A stretch of DNA of 64,000 bases from Thermoplasmata archaeon (GCA_052326445.1 JBKQNC010000013.1:8057-72056), one strand, 5' to 3'; shown: positions 26,572 to 36,688, counted from the stretch's first letter. Notes: a model not told the origin generated them from the sequence alone. Program-made: numbers and translations.

Positions 26572-26587
26572 TACTACTCTGGGACTT
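26572..26587 (+). repeat. IS terminal inverted repeat (left in window)
   Basis: tactactctgggactt, reverse complement of 28069-28084; overlaps the transposase stop codon. Confidence 0.9.
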
Positions 26588-27995
26588 ATGGGGCCTCCCC
26601 CTCCTCCCCGATGAACTCTCGTAATGTCGGCAGGTATGGGCGACCGTCTCTCATCCACACCGGCGTACCGAACACCTGCGACATGAGCACCGCGAGTTCC
26701 ACCCGCCGGTCGGGGTTCTCGTCGATCAACCGAACGAACCCGGTGGCCACTTGCATGTTGAACCACTTCCTCACCTTGGGGACCGTGGGGAGCCGATGCC
26801 GATTCCCCTTCTCTCGAGGGCCCTCGGTCTCCTCTCGCGTTCGCTGGAGCATCAGGAACCCCTGCGCCATCCCCACCATCGTCACGTGGTGATGCCAGCC
26901 TCTCCAACTCCGCCCCTCGAAGTGGTCCAGTCCCAGTTCTTCCTTCATGTGCTGGTAACTCTGCTCGATGGGGAACCTCGAGCGCATGATCCGCAACTGC
27001 TCCACCAGCGGGAGCTGGTCCAATCCCCACGCCAGGTACGCCTTCGTCTCGTTCTCCCGTCTCTCGAAGATCAGCCACCCTCTCTCCTCGGTCGGCTTCC
27101 CTCCCTCCCAGACCTCCACCTTCACCCGGGCCGAGTCGATCTCCAGCGGCCCTTTCGACCCCTCGGCCCACCGGACCGTCATCCACCGGTCGCGAGCGAG
27201 CCCCTTCGCCACGGCGGCCGGCGCGAGGAGCTCCCCTTCGCCTCCCACCTTGACGCGAGCGGTCCCGGTGGGCTGGATCCCCAGCAGATACGGCTCTCGC
27301 CGTTCCCGCAACTCCCGGCGAAACTCCGGCATCCCGAACCCGGCGTCCCCCACCACCGCTCGGTGAGGGAGTTTCAGTTTCCGGGCGCGGTCGAGGAACG
27401 TCAGGCCGATACGCCACTTCGGCTGGTATCCCACGTCCTCGGGAACGAAGGCCCTCGCCCTTCGCTCCGGGTCCTCCACCCACTTCTCGGGCAGATAGAG
27501 CTCCATGCCCACCAAGAAGCTGGAAAGGTTGGGGTAGAAGGTGAAGTCCGGGAGGACATACTGGACACTGACAGCGGCCTGGCCGTTGGCGACCTTCCCG
27601 AGTACTCCCAGGTACTGGTGAGCGACCCCCACGGAGGCCGTCCCCTGCTTGGGTATCCCGGTATCGTCTAAGGCGAGGACGCTCAGGGGAGAGGCCACCG
27701 CCTTGCCCATCACGCGGGCCAGACGGGTCTGGACATCGCGGTGGTTCCAAGGGGAGTAGGCCAGCAGTTGGTAGAGTTGATGGCCGGAGGTCCCCGGGAG
27801 CTTCTCCGCGAGGTTCTCCACGCTCTTGCGTTCCTCGTTGGGGAGCATCAGACCGGCGAGGTAGGCCTGCGCGCTGCGTTGGGTCTCGGCTCCTCGGGCC
27901 CCCGTATCGAACAGGTCCTCGAAGGAGGCAAAGAACTCTCGAGCCTGGGGGATCCATTCGGTCGGGTCGGTTGCGGCACTCTCCGAGGAGGGCAT
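26586..27995 (-). CDS. IS701 family DDE transposase
   Basis: AYLAGLM...RKSVENLA, LALDDTGIPKQG..SVGVAHQYLG..GKVAN, VVGDAGFG, IEQSYQHMKEELGLDHFEGRSWRGWHHH. Confidence 0.93.
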   Translation of the reverse strand: MPSSESAATDPTEWIPQAREFFASFEDLFDTGARGAETQRSAQAYLAGLMLPNEERKSVENLAEKLPGTSGHQLYQLLAYSPWNHRDVQTRLARVMGKAVASPLSVLALDDTGIPKQGTASVGVAHQYLGVLGKVANGQAAVSVQYVLPDFTFYPNLSSFLVGMELYLPEKWVEDPERRARAFVPEDVGYQPKWRIGLTFLDRARKLKLPHRAVVGDAGFGMPEFRRELRERREPYLLGIQPTGTARVKVGGEGELLAPAAVAKGLARDRWMTVRWAEGSKGPLEIDSARVKVEVWEGGKPTEERGWLIFERRENETKAYLAWGLDQLPLVEQLRIMRSRFPIEQSYQHMKEELGLDHFEGRSWRGWHHHVTMVGMAQGFLMLQRTREETEGPREKGNRHRLPTVPKVRKWFNMQVATGFVRLIDENPDRRVELAVLMSQVFGTPVWMRDGRPYLPTLREFIGEEGEAP

Positions 27996-28068
27996 GCCGG
28001 GGAAGCCTTCCCTGCGCGGCTTGAGGGCGTAGGCTCCACTGGCAAGGGGGGCCCCAGCGCCCCTTCAC

Positions 28069-28084
28069 AAGTCCCAGAGTAGTA
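28069..28084 (-). repeat. IS terminal inverted repeat (right in window)
   Basis: aagtcccagagtagta followed by CTAG. Confidence 0.9.
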
Positions 28085-28113
28085 CTAGGTGCCCGCGGCG
28101 TCCCCCGGAAGCG

Positions 28114-29658
28114 TCACGCGGTACCGTTTCCCCTGCGCAACGCGGCGAGGAGCTTCGTCCCGTCTGGTGAGCCGAGTCCTGTGCAGGCATCCCATCCAGG
28201 TCCCGCGGAGTACCCGTCGTTGTTCCCGACCGTGATGTCGTGCTGCGTACCGGCGGCGGCCGGTGCGTAGAGGCGGGGGTTGAGAAAACCCACGGGAGTG
28301 CCCAGTGCTTGGTTCAAGCGGGCCACCAGGGCCGCCCAGAGAGGGGCGACCACGCTCGTCCCCCCGATCACGGTCGATTGGCCATCGACCTGCACGACGT
28401 AACCGGTCGCCGGGTCCGCATCACCGGCGACATCCGGTACGCCTCGCCCCGCAAACCCGTTGGGCGCTGGAGGGACGGAACGACCCGCCTGGTAGGACGG
28501 GGCCGGGAATACTTCGCTCACGCCCCCGCCCGTGGCCCCCTCTCCCGAGGAGAGATCGTTCCACGCCACCTCGCTCGTGATCGATGTCCCCGCGAGGACG
28601 AGGCGCGTGCCCCCGCACCCAAGGACGTACGGGCTCGACGCCGGAAAATCCACCTCGAGCGTCCCCGTAGGGGCCCCGTCGGAGGCTCCGTCGTCCCCGG
28701 CGGCCACGAGAATGGTCACGCCGAGGGTCGCCGCGTCCTCACAGACCGAGTTGAGGGCGGAGAGCGCCTGGGGAGTCCACGAGCTCTCGGGACCTCCCCA
28801 GCTCACCGAGAGGACAGTGGGGCGATGGGTCGTGTCGTGGACTGCTTGACTCAGTCCGTCCAGGAATCCCTCGTCGGTGTTGGGCGCGAAATAGACCACG
28901 ACCGAGGCCCCGGGGGCGACCGAGCCCACCACCTCGATGTCGAGCTCGACCTCGCCGTCCGGACCATCCGGGTCACCCGTCGGAGCGTTCGTCCCGCCGT
29001 CCACGGAGACCGCCGTGACCTCGGGAGGCGCGACTCCGAGGCCCGAGAAGTACGCGTTCAGGTCCGGAGCCGAATACCCCCCTCCGAGCTCGAGGAGGCC
29101 CACCACCTGGCCGGATCCGTCGGTCCCGGGCGGGAAGTCGTACGCGGCCGCGACGGTGAGGGGTGAATAGGAGAGGTCGATCGGCTGAGGGGTCGCCCGC
29201 CGACGGAAGTGGGGCTTCGCCTGCGGGCGATTGTCGAGCCCGAACACCCCCACGACCATCGAGGCGAGTTGGTCCGGGATCGAGACCAGGCCCGAGCGCC
29301 CCCGGTAGCTTCCCCCCGAGTAGGTCCAACGTTGCAGGGTCACGCCAAAGGTCCGTTCCACGACCCCCAGGGGCCCCGCGAGCCGAACGGTTCGGGGCCC
29401 GACCGCCACGCTGAGCAGTTCGAGGCCGCTCTCGTGAGCGAAGGCGCGGATGCGTTCGACGTCGGCCGGATGGGCGCCGTGCGTGACGGCAAACTCTTCC
29501 CGACTGAGGACGTCGCGGAGGCGAGAGAGCGTGGGGAACGGCCGGACGTCGGTCCTACGCCGAAGGAGGAGCGTGACCTCGACACGTTCGTCCGGGCGCG
29601 GGCGGCCGAGGGCGTGTGCTCCCAGAATAGGGACCCGGAGGCTGCCGGGTAACTCCAT
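28114..29658 (-). CDS. S53 family peptidase (kumamolisin/sedolisin-like) with propeptide
   Basis: Pro-domain, GLDNRPQAKPHF, EVELD, SVSWG, AAGDDG, GRGVPDVA, GGTS, GWDACTGLGSP. Confidence 0.95.
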   Translation of the reverse strand: MELPGSLRVPILGAHALGRPRPDERVEVTLLLRRRTDVRPFPTLSRLRDVLSREEFAVTHGAHPADVERIRAFAHESGLELLSVAVGPRTVRLAGPLGVVERTFGVTLQRWTYSGGSYRGRSGLVSIPDQLASMVVGVFGLDNRPQAKPHFRRRATPQPIDLSYSPLTVAAAYDFPPGTDGSGQVVGLLELGGGYSAPDLNAYFSGLGVAPPEVTAVSVDGGTNAPTGDPDGPDGEVELDIEVVGSVAPGASVVVYFAPNTDEGFLDGLSQAVHDTTHRPTVLSVSWGGPESSWTPQALSALNSVCEDAATLGVTILVAAGDDGASDGAPTGTLEVDFPASSPYVLGCGGTRLVLAGTSITSEVAWNDLSSGEGATGGGVSEVFPAPSYQAGRSVPPAPNGFAGRGVPDVAGDADPATGYVVQVDGQSTVIGGTSVVAPLWAALVARLNQALGTPVGFLNPRLYAPAAAGTQHDITVGNNDGYSAGPGWDACTGLGSPDGTKLLAALRRGNGTA

Positions 29659-29863
29659 GGACCCGGGCACGGGCCTATCGGTAATCTAAATGGCGGTTAT
29701 GGATGACGGGGCCTCCTTTCGCCCCTCCGATTCAACGCAAGATTCATGAGGCCGGGAACGCCGGGGAGGTCGTGGTCCCGAGTCAGGGGAGCGGACGCAC
29801 GGACTGGCGGTTGGCCGGCGCTGCGTTCGACCCGTGGTGGCTCCGGGGCTGAGGGCGTATTGA

Positions 29864-31132
29864 ATGGCGATTGATACCGGGGACACGGCGTGGGTCATCA
29901 CCGCAACGGCGCTCGTGATGCTGATGACCCCGGCCCTCGGGTTCTTCTACGGGGGTCTCGTTCGTCGGAAGAACCTCGTTTCCACCATCGTCCAATGCCT
30001 CGCCATCTTCTCGGTCGTGAGCCTGGTTTGGGCCTTGTGGGGATACACGCTTACTTTCGGTCCCGCCGTGGACGGGGTGATCGGGAATCTCTCCAACCTG
30101 GGTCTCATGAACGTCGGGGCGGCCCCCGACCCGAGGTATTCCGCGTTCATCCCGGCCTTGCTCTACTTCGCGTTCCAGCTCAAGTTTGCCGCGATCACCC
30201 CCGCGCTCATCATCGGCGCGTTCGCGGGGCGCGTCCGGTTCAAGGCGCTGCTCATTTTCATCGTCCTATGGACGACTCTCATCTACGTCCCGATCGCGAT
30301 GTGGATCTGGAATCCTGGCGGATGGCTCCACATGTTGGGCGTGGTCGACTTCGCCGGCGGACTGGTGGTCCACACCTCGGCGGGAGTCTCGGCCGTGGCG
30401 GCGGCTATCGTCATCGGACGCCGGTCGGACGTCGAGACCCGGGCGGCCCGACCGAACAACGTGCCCTACGTGATCCTTGGGACGGCCCTCCTCTGGTTCG
30501 GATGGTTCGGGTTCAACGCCGGTAGCGCGTTGGCCGCGGACGCCGTCGCGGTCAATGCGCTTGTCACGACCAACCTTGCCGCCGCGGCGGCCGGGGTCAG
30601 CTGGATGCTCGTGGACTGGATCCGGAAGGGCCGTCCGTCCGCGGTCGGCATGGCGGTGGGGGCCGTGTGCGGACTCGCCGCCGTCACTCCCGCGGCCGGA
30701 TATGTGGGTCCATCGGCCTCGATCGTGATCGGCATCGTCGCCGGGATCTTCTCGAATTACGTGGCCAACTGGCGGGCCCGAACAACGCTCGATGACTCCC
30801 TCGATGTCTTCGCCTGCCACGGGGCCGGTGGCATGTGGGGGACCATCGCCACAGGTCTCTTCGCGTCCACCGCGATCAACGCGGCCGGGCCGAATGGGCT
30901 CTTCTTCGGGAACCCGCACCAGGCGCTCGTTCAACTGTTCGCCGTGGGTGTGGTCGCCACCTTCGCGTTCGCCGGTTCCTACCTACTGCTCCGGGTGATC
31001 GACAAGTTCTCCCCGCTGCGCGTGGGTCCAGCCGAAGAGGACGCGGGCCTCGATGTGTCGGAGTTCGGGGAAGAGGCCTACGATCCGGGTCCCAAGGGAA
31101 CGGGCGGAGGCGAACCGGCTTCCATCGGGTAG
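29864..31132 (+). CDS. amt: Ammonium transporter
   Basis: DTAWV, MTPALGFFYGG, DFAGGLVVH, LLWFGWFGFNAGS, DDSLDVFACHG. Confidence 0.97.
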   Translation: MAIDTGDTAWVITATALVMLMTPALGFFYGGLVRRKNLVSTIVQCLAIFSVVSLVWALWGYTLTFGPAVDGVIGNLSNLGLMNVGAAPDPRYSAFIPALLYFAFQLKFAAITPALIIGAFAGRVRFKALLIFIVLWTTLIYVPIAMWIWNPGGWLHMLGVVDFAGGLVVHTSAGVSAVAAAIVIGRRSDVETRAARPNNVPYVILGTALLWFGWFGFNAGSALAADAVAVNALVTTNLAAAAAGVSWMLVDWIRKGRPSAVGMAVGAVCGLAAVTPAAGYVGPSASIVIGIVAGIFSNYVANWRARTTLDDSLDVFACHGAGGMWGTIATGLFASTAINAAGPNGLFFGNPHQALVQLFAVGVVATFAFAGSYLLLRVIDKFSPLRVGPAEEDAGLDVSEFGEEAYDPGPKGTGGGEPASIG

Positions 31133-31218
31133 GGGGGTCTCCGGGACCGCAGCCCGACGTGCTCCCGGCTTCGGAACCGGACCATGAGAATATGGAGGGC
31201 GGGTCATTGGGTGCTCCG

Positions 31219-32193
31219 ATGAAGGCCCTCATCCTGATCGGCGGGTTCGGGACCCGTCTGCGCCCGATCACCTACACGATCCCGAAGCAGTTGATCCCAG
31301 TCGCCGGGAAACCGATGCTCTACCATGTGCTCGACCTGCTCCCCGCGGAGGTGGAAGAGGTCGTGCTCGCGACGGGCTACAAGTCGGAAGTGATCGACGC
31401 CTATGTCCGAGCCCATCCCCCACCCTGGCCGGTCCGGACCGTCCCGGAGGCGGAGCCCCTCGGTACGGGAGGGGGGATGAAGAACGCGTCCGAGGGCATG
31501 AGCGACCCGTTCTACCTGCTCAACTCGGACGTGATCGCCGCGGTCAACCTCCCGGAGTTGCTCTCTCGCCACCGAGCTCGAGGCGGGGTCGGCACGATGG
31601 CGCTTGCGGAGGTCGAGGACACGCGCCCGTACGGCGTCGCCGCGCTCGGGGCCGACGATCGTATCACCGCCTTCGTCGAGAAGCCGGAGCCGAAGGACGC
31701 GCCGTCCCGGTGGATCAACGCCGGGATCGCGGTCTGGGGCCGGGCCGCGCTGGAGGCCATTCCGCCGGGGCGCCCCGTGAGCTTCGAGCGCGAGATCGTG
31801 CCCGGCCTTCTTCCGGCAGGAGTGTTCGGGTTCCGCCTCGCCCGGTACTGGGCCGATGCGGGAACCCCGGCGCGCCTTCTGAACGCGCAGCGACTCCTGT
31901 TCGACGACGGTCGGGGCGGTCCCGGCGGACTCCCCAAGGGCGCGCTCGGGAAAGGACCGGTCGCGGTCGGCCGGGAGGTCCGGGCTCAGGGGGCCTCTTT
32001 CGGACCGTACGTCACGCTCGGGGAAGGGGTCGCCGTCGAGAGCGGCGCTTATGTCGAGAACTCGATCCTGATGGACGGCGTGCACGTCGAAGCCGGGGCC
32101 GTAGTCTCCGGGTCCATCCTCGGCCCGAAGGTCCGGGTCCGGGCGGGACGGCGAGTGACCGGCCGGACCCTCGGGGACGGCGCCGAAGTTTAG
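31219..32193 (+). CDS. NDP-sugar pyrophosphorylase (mannose-1-P guanylyltransferase-like)
   Basis: LIGGFGTRLRPIT..IPKQL, EPLGTGG, FVEKP, INAG, W.DAGTP, C-terminal left-handed beta-helix. Confidence 0.9.
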   Translation: MKALILIGGFGTRLRPITYTIPKQLIPVAGKPMLYHVLDLLPAEVEEVVLATGYKSEVIDAYVRAHPPPWPVRTVPEAEPLGTGGGMKNASEGMSDPFYLLNSDVIAAVNLPELLSRHRARGGVGTMALAEVEDTRPYGVAALGADDRITAFVEKPEPKDAPSRWINAGIAVWGRAALEAIPPGRPVSFEREIVPGLLPAGVFGFRLARYWADAGTPARLLNAQRLLFDDGRGGPGGLPKGALGKGPVAVGREVRAQGASFGPYVTLGEGVAVESGAYVENSILMDGVHVEAGAVVSGSILGPKVRVRAGRRVTGRTLGDGAEV

Positions 32194-33233
32194 CCCGTCA
32201 GGGCCGGCCCGGTCACGACCACCTTGACCGCCTCGGTGGGTTGGCCCGCAAGGCGGAAGGCCTCCGCCAGGCGCTCGAGCGGGATCCGGTGGGTGACCAG
32301 GTCGGCCACCCGCAGCTCGCCATCGACTAAGAGCCCGTGGATCTCGGCGATGTCGGGCTCGGTGGTCGCGTACGACGGGATGAGCCGGACCCCCCGGAGG
32401 TAGAGGTCCTGCAGGTCGACATCCAACCGACTGCCGGCCTCGGGAAGACCGAACAGGTTCACGGTACCTCCCCGGCGCACGAGGGTCGTCGCGTCACGGA
32501 GGACCGCGGGATGACCCGTCGCCACTACGGCGAGATCGACCCCCCGCCCCTCGGTCGCGCTCTCCACCGCCCCCCGCGCCGCTCCCGGCTCGCGGGGGTC
32601 GACCGTCACGTCCATCCCTCCCCGCTCCCCCGCCGCCCGGCGGAGCGGGGCGACCTCGGTCCCCCCGATCCAGCCGGCCCCGAGCGCCCTCGCGACCCGA
32701 GCGTAAAGGAGCCCGACCGGACCCAATCCAAGGATGAACACGCTCGACCCTTCGGGCAGCCCGATCCGTCGGAGGGCTGTCATCGCGCACCCCGCGGGCT
32801 CGAGCAGGGCCCCCGTGCTCCAGTCCACCGTAGCGTCGAGGGGAAGGATCGCGCCCCGAGAGACGTTCTCGGCCGGCACCCGGAACGCCTCGGCGAACCC
32901 GCCGGGGTCGATGTTCGTCTTCGAGTACGTGGGACAGAAGGTCGTGTCGCCCCGCGCGCAGACCTCGCACGCGTAGCACGGGACGTGGTGGTGGACGAAG
33001 ACGCGGTCCCCGACAGAGAGCTTCTTCACGTCGTCGCCGAGCTCGGTGATCCGGCCCACGGGTTCGTGGCCGATGACGCCGGCGGTCCGGTAGTTCCCCC
33101 GAAGCTTCTCGAGGTCGGTCCCGCAAACACCGCAGGCGGCGAGGGCGACGACGACCTCCCCCGGACCCGCCCGGGGCTCGGGCCGGTCGACCAGCTCGAG
33201 GCGTCCGGGACCCGCGAGGTGGCCGAACTTCAT
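32190..33233 (-). CDS. Zinc-dependent alcohol dehydrogenase (MDR family)
   Basis: CGVCGTD, GHEPVG, CYACEVC...C, GLGPVG. Confidence 0.9.
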   Translation of the reverse strand: MKFGHLAGPGRLELVDRPEPRAGPGEVVVALAACGVCGTDLEKLRGNYRTAGVIGHEPVGRITELGDDVKKLSVGDRVFVHHHVPCYACEVCARGDTTFCPTYSKTNIDPGGFAEAFRVPAENVSRGAILPLDATVDWSTGALLEPAGCAMTALRRIGLPEGSSVFILGLGPVGLLYARVARALGAGWIGGTEVAPLRRAAGERGGMDVTVDPREPGAARGAVESATEGRGVDLAVVATGHPAVLRDATTLVRRGGTVNLFGLPEAGSRLDVDLQDLYLRGVRLIPSYATTEPDIAEIHGLLVDGELRVADLVTHRIPLERLAEAFRLAGQPTEAVKVVVTGPALTG

Positions 33234-34615
33234 GCCGCCGCGCGCGCGGCCCGGATCGCCGCGTCGACGATCTCGACACCCTCGTCGATCTGCTCCCGAC
33301 GCACGATGAGGGGCGGGATGTACCGGATCGAGGACTTTCCGCAGGGGAGGAGGATCAGCCCGCGACGGTACGATTCCTCGATGATGTGGTCCCGGAGCTG
33401 CACGGCCGGCTCTTTCGTCGTGCGGTCCTTCACGAACTCGGTGGCGACCATGAGCCCGAGTCCCCGGACGTCGCCGATCTCCGGATACTTGGATTGGAGT
33501 TCCCGCAGCCGGGTCATCAGGTAGGCACCCTGCGTTCGGGTGTTCTCGAGGAGGTGCTCCTTCTCGATCACGCCCAGCGTGGCCAGCGAAGCGGCCGCGG
33601 CCACGAGGTTTCCGCCGAAGGTGTTCGAGTGGGCGCCCGGCTCCAGGTCCAGGTCCGACCGAAGCGAGACCGCCCCCATCGGAAGGCCCCCGCCGACGGC
33701 CTTGGCCATCGTCACGATGTCGGGGACGACCCCGTGGTGCTCGATGGCGAGCCAGTGCCCGGTGCGGCCCATGCCGGCCTGGACTTCGTCGTCGATGAAC
33801 AGGATGCCGTGTTCGTCCAGGATCGACTTGATCGTCGCGTGCCAGCCCTTCGGGGGCACGAGGTACCCTCCCTCGCCCATGACCGGCTCCGCGATGAAGG
33901 CCGCCACGTCATCTGGCGGCATGGACGTCTGGAAGTAGAGTTCCTTCAGGATCTTCGCGCAGTAGAGGTCACAGCTCGGGTATTCGAGCTTGTACGGGCA
34001 CCGGTAGCAGTTCGGGGCCGGGATGTGGTGGCCCCCGCCCGCAAACGCGGAGTACCGGGCGCGTTGCACCGTCTTCGAGGTCGTCATCGTGAGGGCCCCC
34101 ATCGACCGCCCGTGGAAGGCGCCCAACAGGCCGATCGTGATCGGGCGACGGCGGTGCCACCGGGCGATCTTGAGGGCCGCCTCGGCGCTCTCCGTGCCGC
34201 TGTTGGTGAAGAAGATCTTCTTGTCGAAGGCGCCCGGCATCAGGGTCGTCAGTTTCTCGGCGAGGCGGACCTGGATGTCGTAGTAGAAATCCGTGCCGGC
34301 AAAGTGGGAGAGGATTCCCGCCTGCTCCTGGACCGCCTTGACGACCTCCGGGTGGCAATGCCCTACGTTCTGGACGGCGACCCCGCTCGCGAAGTCGAGC
34401 AGCCGGTTGCCGTCGACATCCGTGACCCAAACCCCGCTCCCGCTGGCCGCGACCACGGGGGAGGTCTTGGTCGACGTCATGAGGAACTTGCGGTCCCGGT
34501 CGATGATCCGCTTCGCCTCGGGGCCGGGAATGGTCGTGCGGAGGCGAACACCCCGCGACGGCACGACAGGTTCGGACCCGGAAGGGGAGACTGTACCGGT
34601 AGCGCTCTCGGTCAT
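33230..34615 (-). CDS. Class III PLP aminotransferase (acetylornithine/4-aminobutyrate-like)
   Basis: DVDGN, FTNSGTES, AFHGRS, EPVMGEGG, DEVQAGMGRTG, MAKAVGGG, HSNTFGGN; ATG 34615. Confidence 0.92.
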   Translation of the reverse strand: MTESATGTVSPSGSEPVVPSRGVRLRTTIPGPEAKRIIDRDRKFLMTSTKTSPVVAASGSGVWVTDVDGNRLLDFASGVAVQNVGHCHPEVVKAVQEQAGILSHFAGTDFYYDIQVRLAEKLTTLMPGAFDKKIFFTNSGTESAEAALKIARWHRRRPITIGLLGAFHGRSMGALTMTTSKTVQRARYSAFAGGGHHIPAPNCYRCPYKLEYPSCDLYCAKILKELYFQTSMPPDDVAAFIAEPVMGEGGYLVPPKGWHATIKSILDEHGILFIDDEVQAGMGRTGHWLAIEHHGVVPDIVTMAKAVGGGLPMGAVSLRSDLDLEPGAHSNTFGGNLVAAAASLATLGVIEKEHLLENTRTQGAYLMTRLRELQSKYPEIGDVRGLGLMVATEFVKDRTTKEPAVQLRDHIIEESYRRGLILLPCGKSSIRYIPPLIVRREQIDEGVEIVDAAIRAARAAA

Positions 34616-34740
34616 GGAGAATCGGCTCAGCACGGGCACGAGAGGGTAAAATCTTCGCGGTCCCCCCGACCCGGGGCGCGTCATATGGAGGTCTCCCTTT
34701 ATGGGGCGTTCGCCAGCTCGGCTCTTCGAGGCGAGGTCGA

Positions 34741-35022
34741 TTGGAGGGCGGTCAGTCGACCCTCGAGGCCGACGAGAAATCGGTCGAGGAGGTCGTCCCG
34801 CACCGGGCGGTCCTGACCGAGCTCGCCCGCGGATTCCTTCTCGTGCACGAGTCTAATCCGGAGCGCGCCCGGCAGTTCGCCCAAACCTTTCTGCGCGAGA
34901 AGTCGGGGGGGCTCACCACCGCTCGGGTCGAGTCAGTGGCGCTCGTCACGATGTCGCGGCTCTCGCTGGGACGATATCCCCGTGGCGCCGTTGAGCCCTT
35001 GCCGACGCGCCTGCCAAGGTAG
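34741..35022 (+). CDS. Small hypothetical protein
   Basis: TTG preceded by GAGGT and an upstream CTTTAT; fills an otherwise empty gap; 3' end overlaps a convergent gene. Confidence 0.4.
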   Translation: MEGGQSTLEADEKSVEEVVPHRAVLTELARGFLLVHESNPERARQFAQTFLREKSGGLTTARVESVALVTMSRLSLGRYPRGAVEPLPTRLPR

Positions 35023-35998
35023 AGGGGCGGTCCGAACCCCCCCGAACCTCGAGGTAGGCTTCGAGGTCGGTCGGGAAGCTGGGTCGGGTCAGTCCGATCC
35101 GGACCCCTTCCGGCGCGCCGAACAACGAGCCGGGACACACGAGAACGGAGGCTCGAAGACACCGGTTCGCGAGCCGGTCACCGTCTCCGGCCGGGTCGCG
35201 GTCGAAGTAGACCGGGGCGTCCAACGACGGGACCCCGGGAAGGGCCTGGCGCAGGGCGGTCCGGTTGCGGTCGAACAGGGTCCGAACCCGGCGGGAGATC
35301 GCTCCCCAGTGTTGGAGGATCTGGACGGCCGCGGCGGCGGAGGCGGGAGGAAGGCCGTCCGCAACGACCCCGTGGAACCGTCCGAACTCTTCCGCGGCCT
35401 CCGGGGGGGCGATGGCAAACCCCACGCGGATGGAGTCCGCGCCGTAGAACTTGGTGAACGAGCCGGTCGTCCAGACTCCCCGGTCGCCGGCCTCCGCCCG
35501 GGACGGGCGCCCCGAAAACTCGCGGAAGGTCTCATCGACCAGAAGCGTACGCGCGCCCTCCGCCCACTCGAAGATATCTTGGGAGGTCCAGCCGATCCCC
35601 TCCGGGTTACGGGGCAGTGAGACGAGCGCGAGGGGAACGCGACCGGGGCTCGGGTGCGGGCGGAACCCCGCCCGCCGGGCGACCTCGAGCAGGGGCGGGT
35701 ACTCCGGCAACTGGACCCGGCAACGGCGGGATCCCGACCGCCCCTCGCGCGCGGCGAAGAACATGACCCACGAGTTGGCCTCGCTGGCCCCGTGGGTCAG
35801 GAAGAGACGGGCCGGGTCCACGCGCAGGTGGTCCGCCAACTTCTGGCGCAGCTCGTCGGTCCACTCATCCTCCGTGCGGCTCCGGATTTGCCGCGCCGAG
35901 GGTCGCGGCGGCTCGACGACGCCAAACATGCCGCTCTTGCCGAGCTGGTAACGGCAATCTTCGTGGGAATCGATCCAATCGGAGAGGGGAAAGTGCAC
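34946..35998 (-). CDS. PLP-dependent aminotransferase class I/II
   Basis: THGASEA, PEY, PRNPEG, LVDETF, GSFTKFYG...RVGF, VRIG; GTG 35998 (upstream part of the 962-aa ORF is antisense to purA). Confidence 0.85.
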   Translation of the reverse strand: MHFPLSDWIDSHEDCRYQLGKSGMFGVVEPPRPSARQIRSRTEDEWTDELRQKLADHLRVDPARLFLTHGASEANSWVMFFAAREGRSGSRRCRVQLPEYPPLLEVARRAGFRPHPSPGRVPLALVSLPRNPEGIGWTSQDIFEWAEGARTLLVDETFREFSGRPSRAEAGDRGVWTTGSFTKFYGADSIRVGFAIAPPEAAEEFGRFHGVVADGLPPASAAAAVQILQHWGAISRRVRTLFDRNRTALRQALPGVPSLDAPVYFDRDPAGDGDRLANRCLRASVLVCPGSLFGAPEGVRIGLTRPSFPTDLEAYLEVRGGSDRPSTLAGASARAQRRHGDIVPARAATS

Positions 35999-36109
35999 GA
36001 CCGGGAAAGGAGGCTCGCGGGTATGAGCTTCCGGGGCCACCGCATCAAGGGAACCGGCGACCGGTCGAAAGCAACCCTCTTGAACGGGAGCTTCGAATGG
36101 CTCCTGCCC

Positions 36110-36592
36110 ATGACCGCCCCCGACGATCGCGCCTCCGTTCGGGTCGGACCGAACGGTCGGATTCTCGCGTTGTCCGTCGCCTGGTTCTCGGAGGGAGTAC
36201 GCCTTCGTGTCGAGGCCCGACGCGCCGCTCGGTGCGTCGAATGTGGCCGCGCCCTGCCGAACCACCGGACCCCGTACTGCTCGCGTCGCTGTCAATGGCA
36301 GTTCCACGGCCACTTCTTCTGGGATTCGGCCCGGTCGTACGTCATGTTGCGGGACCGGTACACGTGCCGGCTGTGCGGGACCCGCCGACGGGCCCGCGAC
36401 CTCGATGTCGACCACATCGTCGAGATCGCGCGAGGCGGGGCCGCGCTCGAATACTCCAACCTCCAGACCGTCTGCCGGCCCTGCCATCGTAGGAAGACCC
36501 GAGCGTTCATGACCGCTCCCCGACACCCTCCGGAGCCGAAGCCGGCGGACCCCGGCTACCTTCCGGACGGGGGCTACGCGCCTTCCGAGTGA
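36110..36592 (+). CDS. HNH endonuclease with N-terminal zinc finger
   Basis: CVECG...YCSRRC, RDRYTCRLCG, VDHIVEIARGG...NLQTVCRPCHRRKT. Confidence 0.88.
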   Translation: MTAPDDRASVRVGPNGRILALSVAWFSEGVRLRVEARRAARCVECGRALPNHRTPYCSRRCQWQFHGHFFWDSARSYVMLRDRYTCRLCGTRRRARDLDVDHIVEIARGGAALEYSNLQTVCRPCHRRKTRAFMTAPRHPPEPKPADPGYLPDGGYAPSE

Positions 36593-36688
36593 ATTCGCCG
36601 AGTTCGGCTCCCGCCCCGCGACCGACCCGAGACGTCGGGGCACAACCCACAAGTACCCGCTCCGCTCGGCGGTACTGGGGGAACTCGT

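Larger units (their letters stand above)
26572..28084 (-). mobile_element. IS701-family insertion sequence, complete, flanked by CTAG direct repeats
   Basis: Perfect 16-bp TIRs TACTACTCTGGGACTT at both ends; CTAG at 26568-26571 and 28085-28088; single transposase ORF. Confidence 0.92.

Noticed and set aside
29864-31132. Amt with AMWIW instead of AHWxW and no adjacent glnK
   Set aside because: The pore twin-His (VVH, CHG) and gate residues are intact; a PII gene may lie elsewhere
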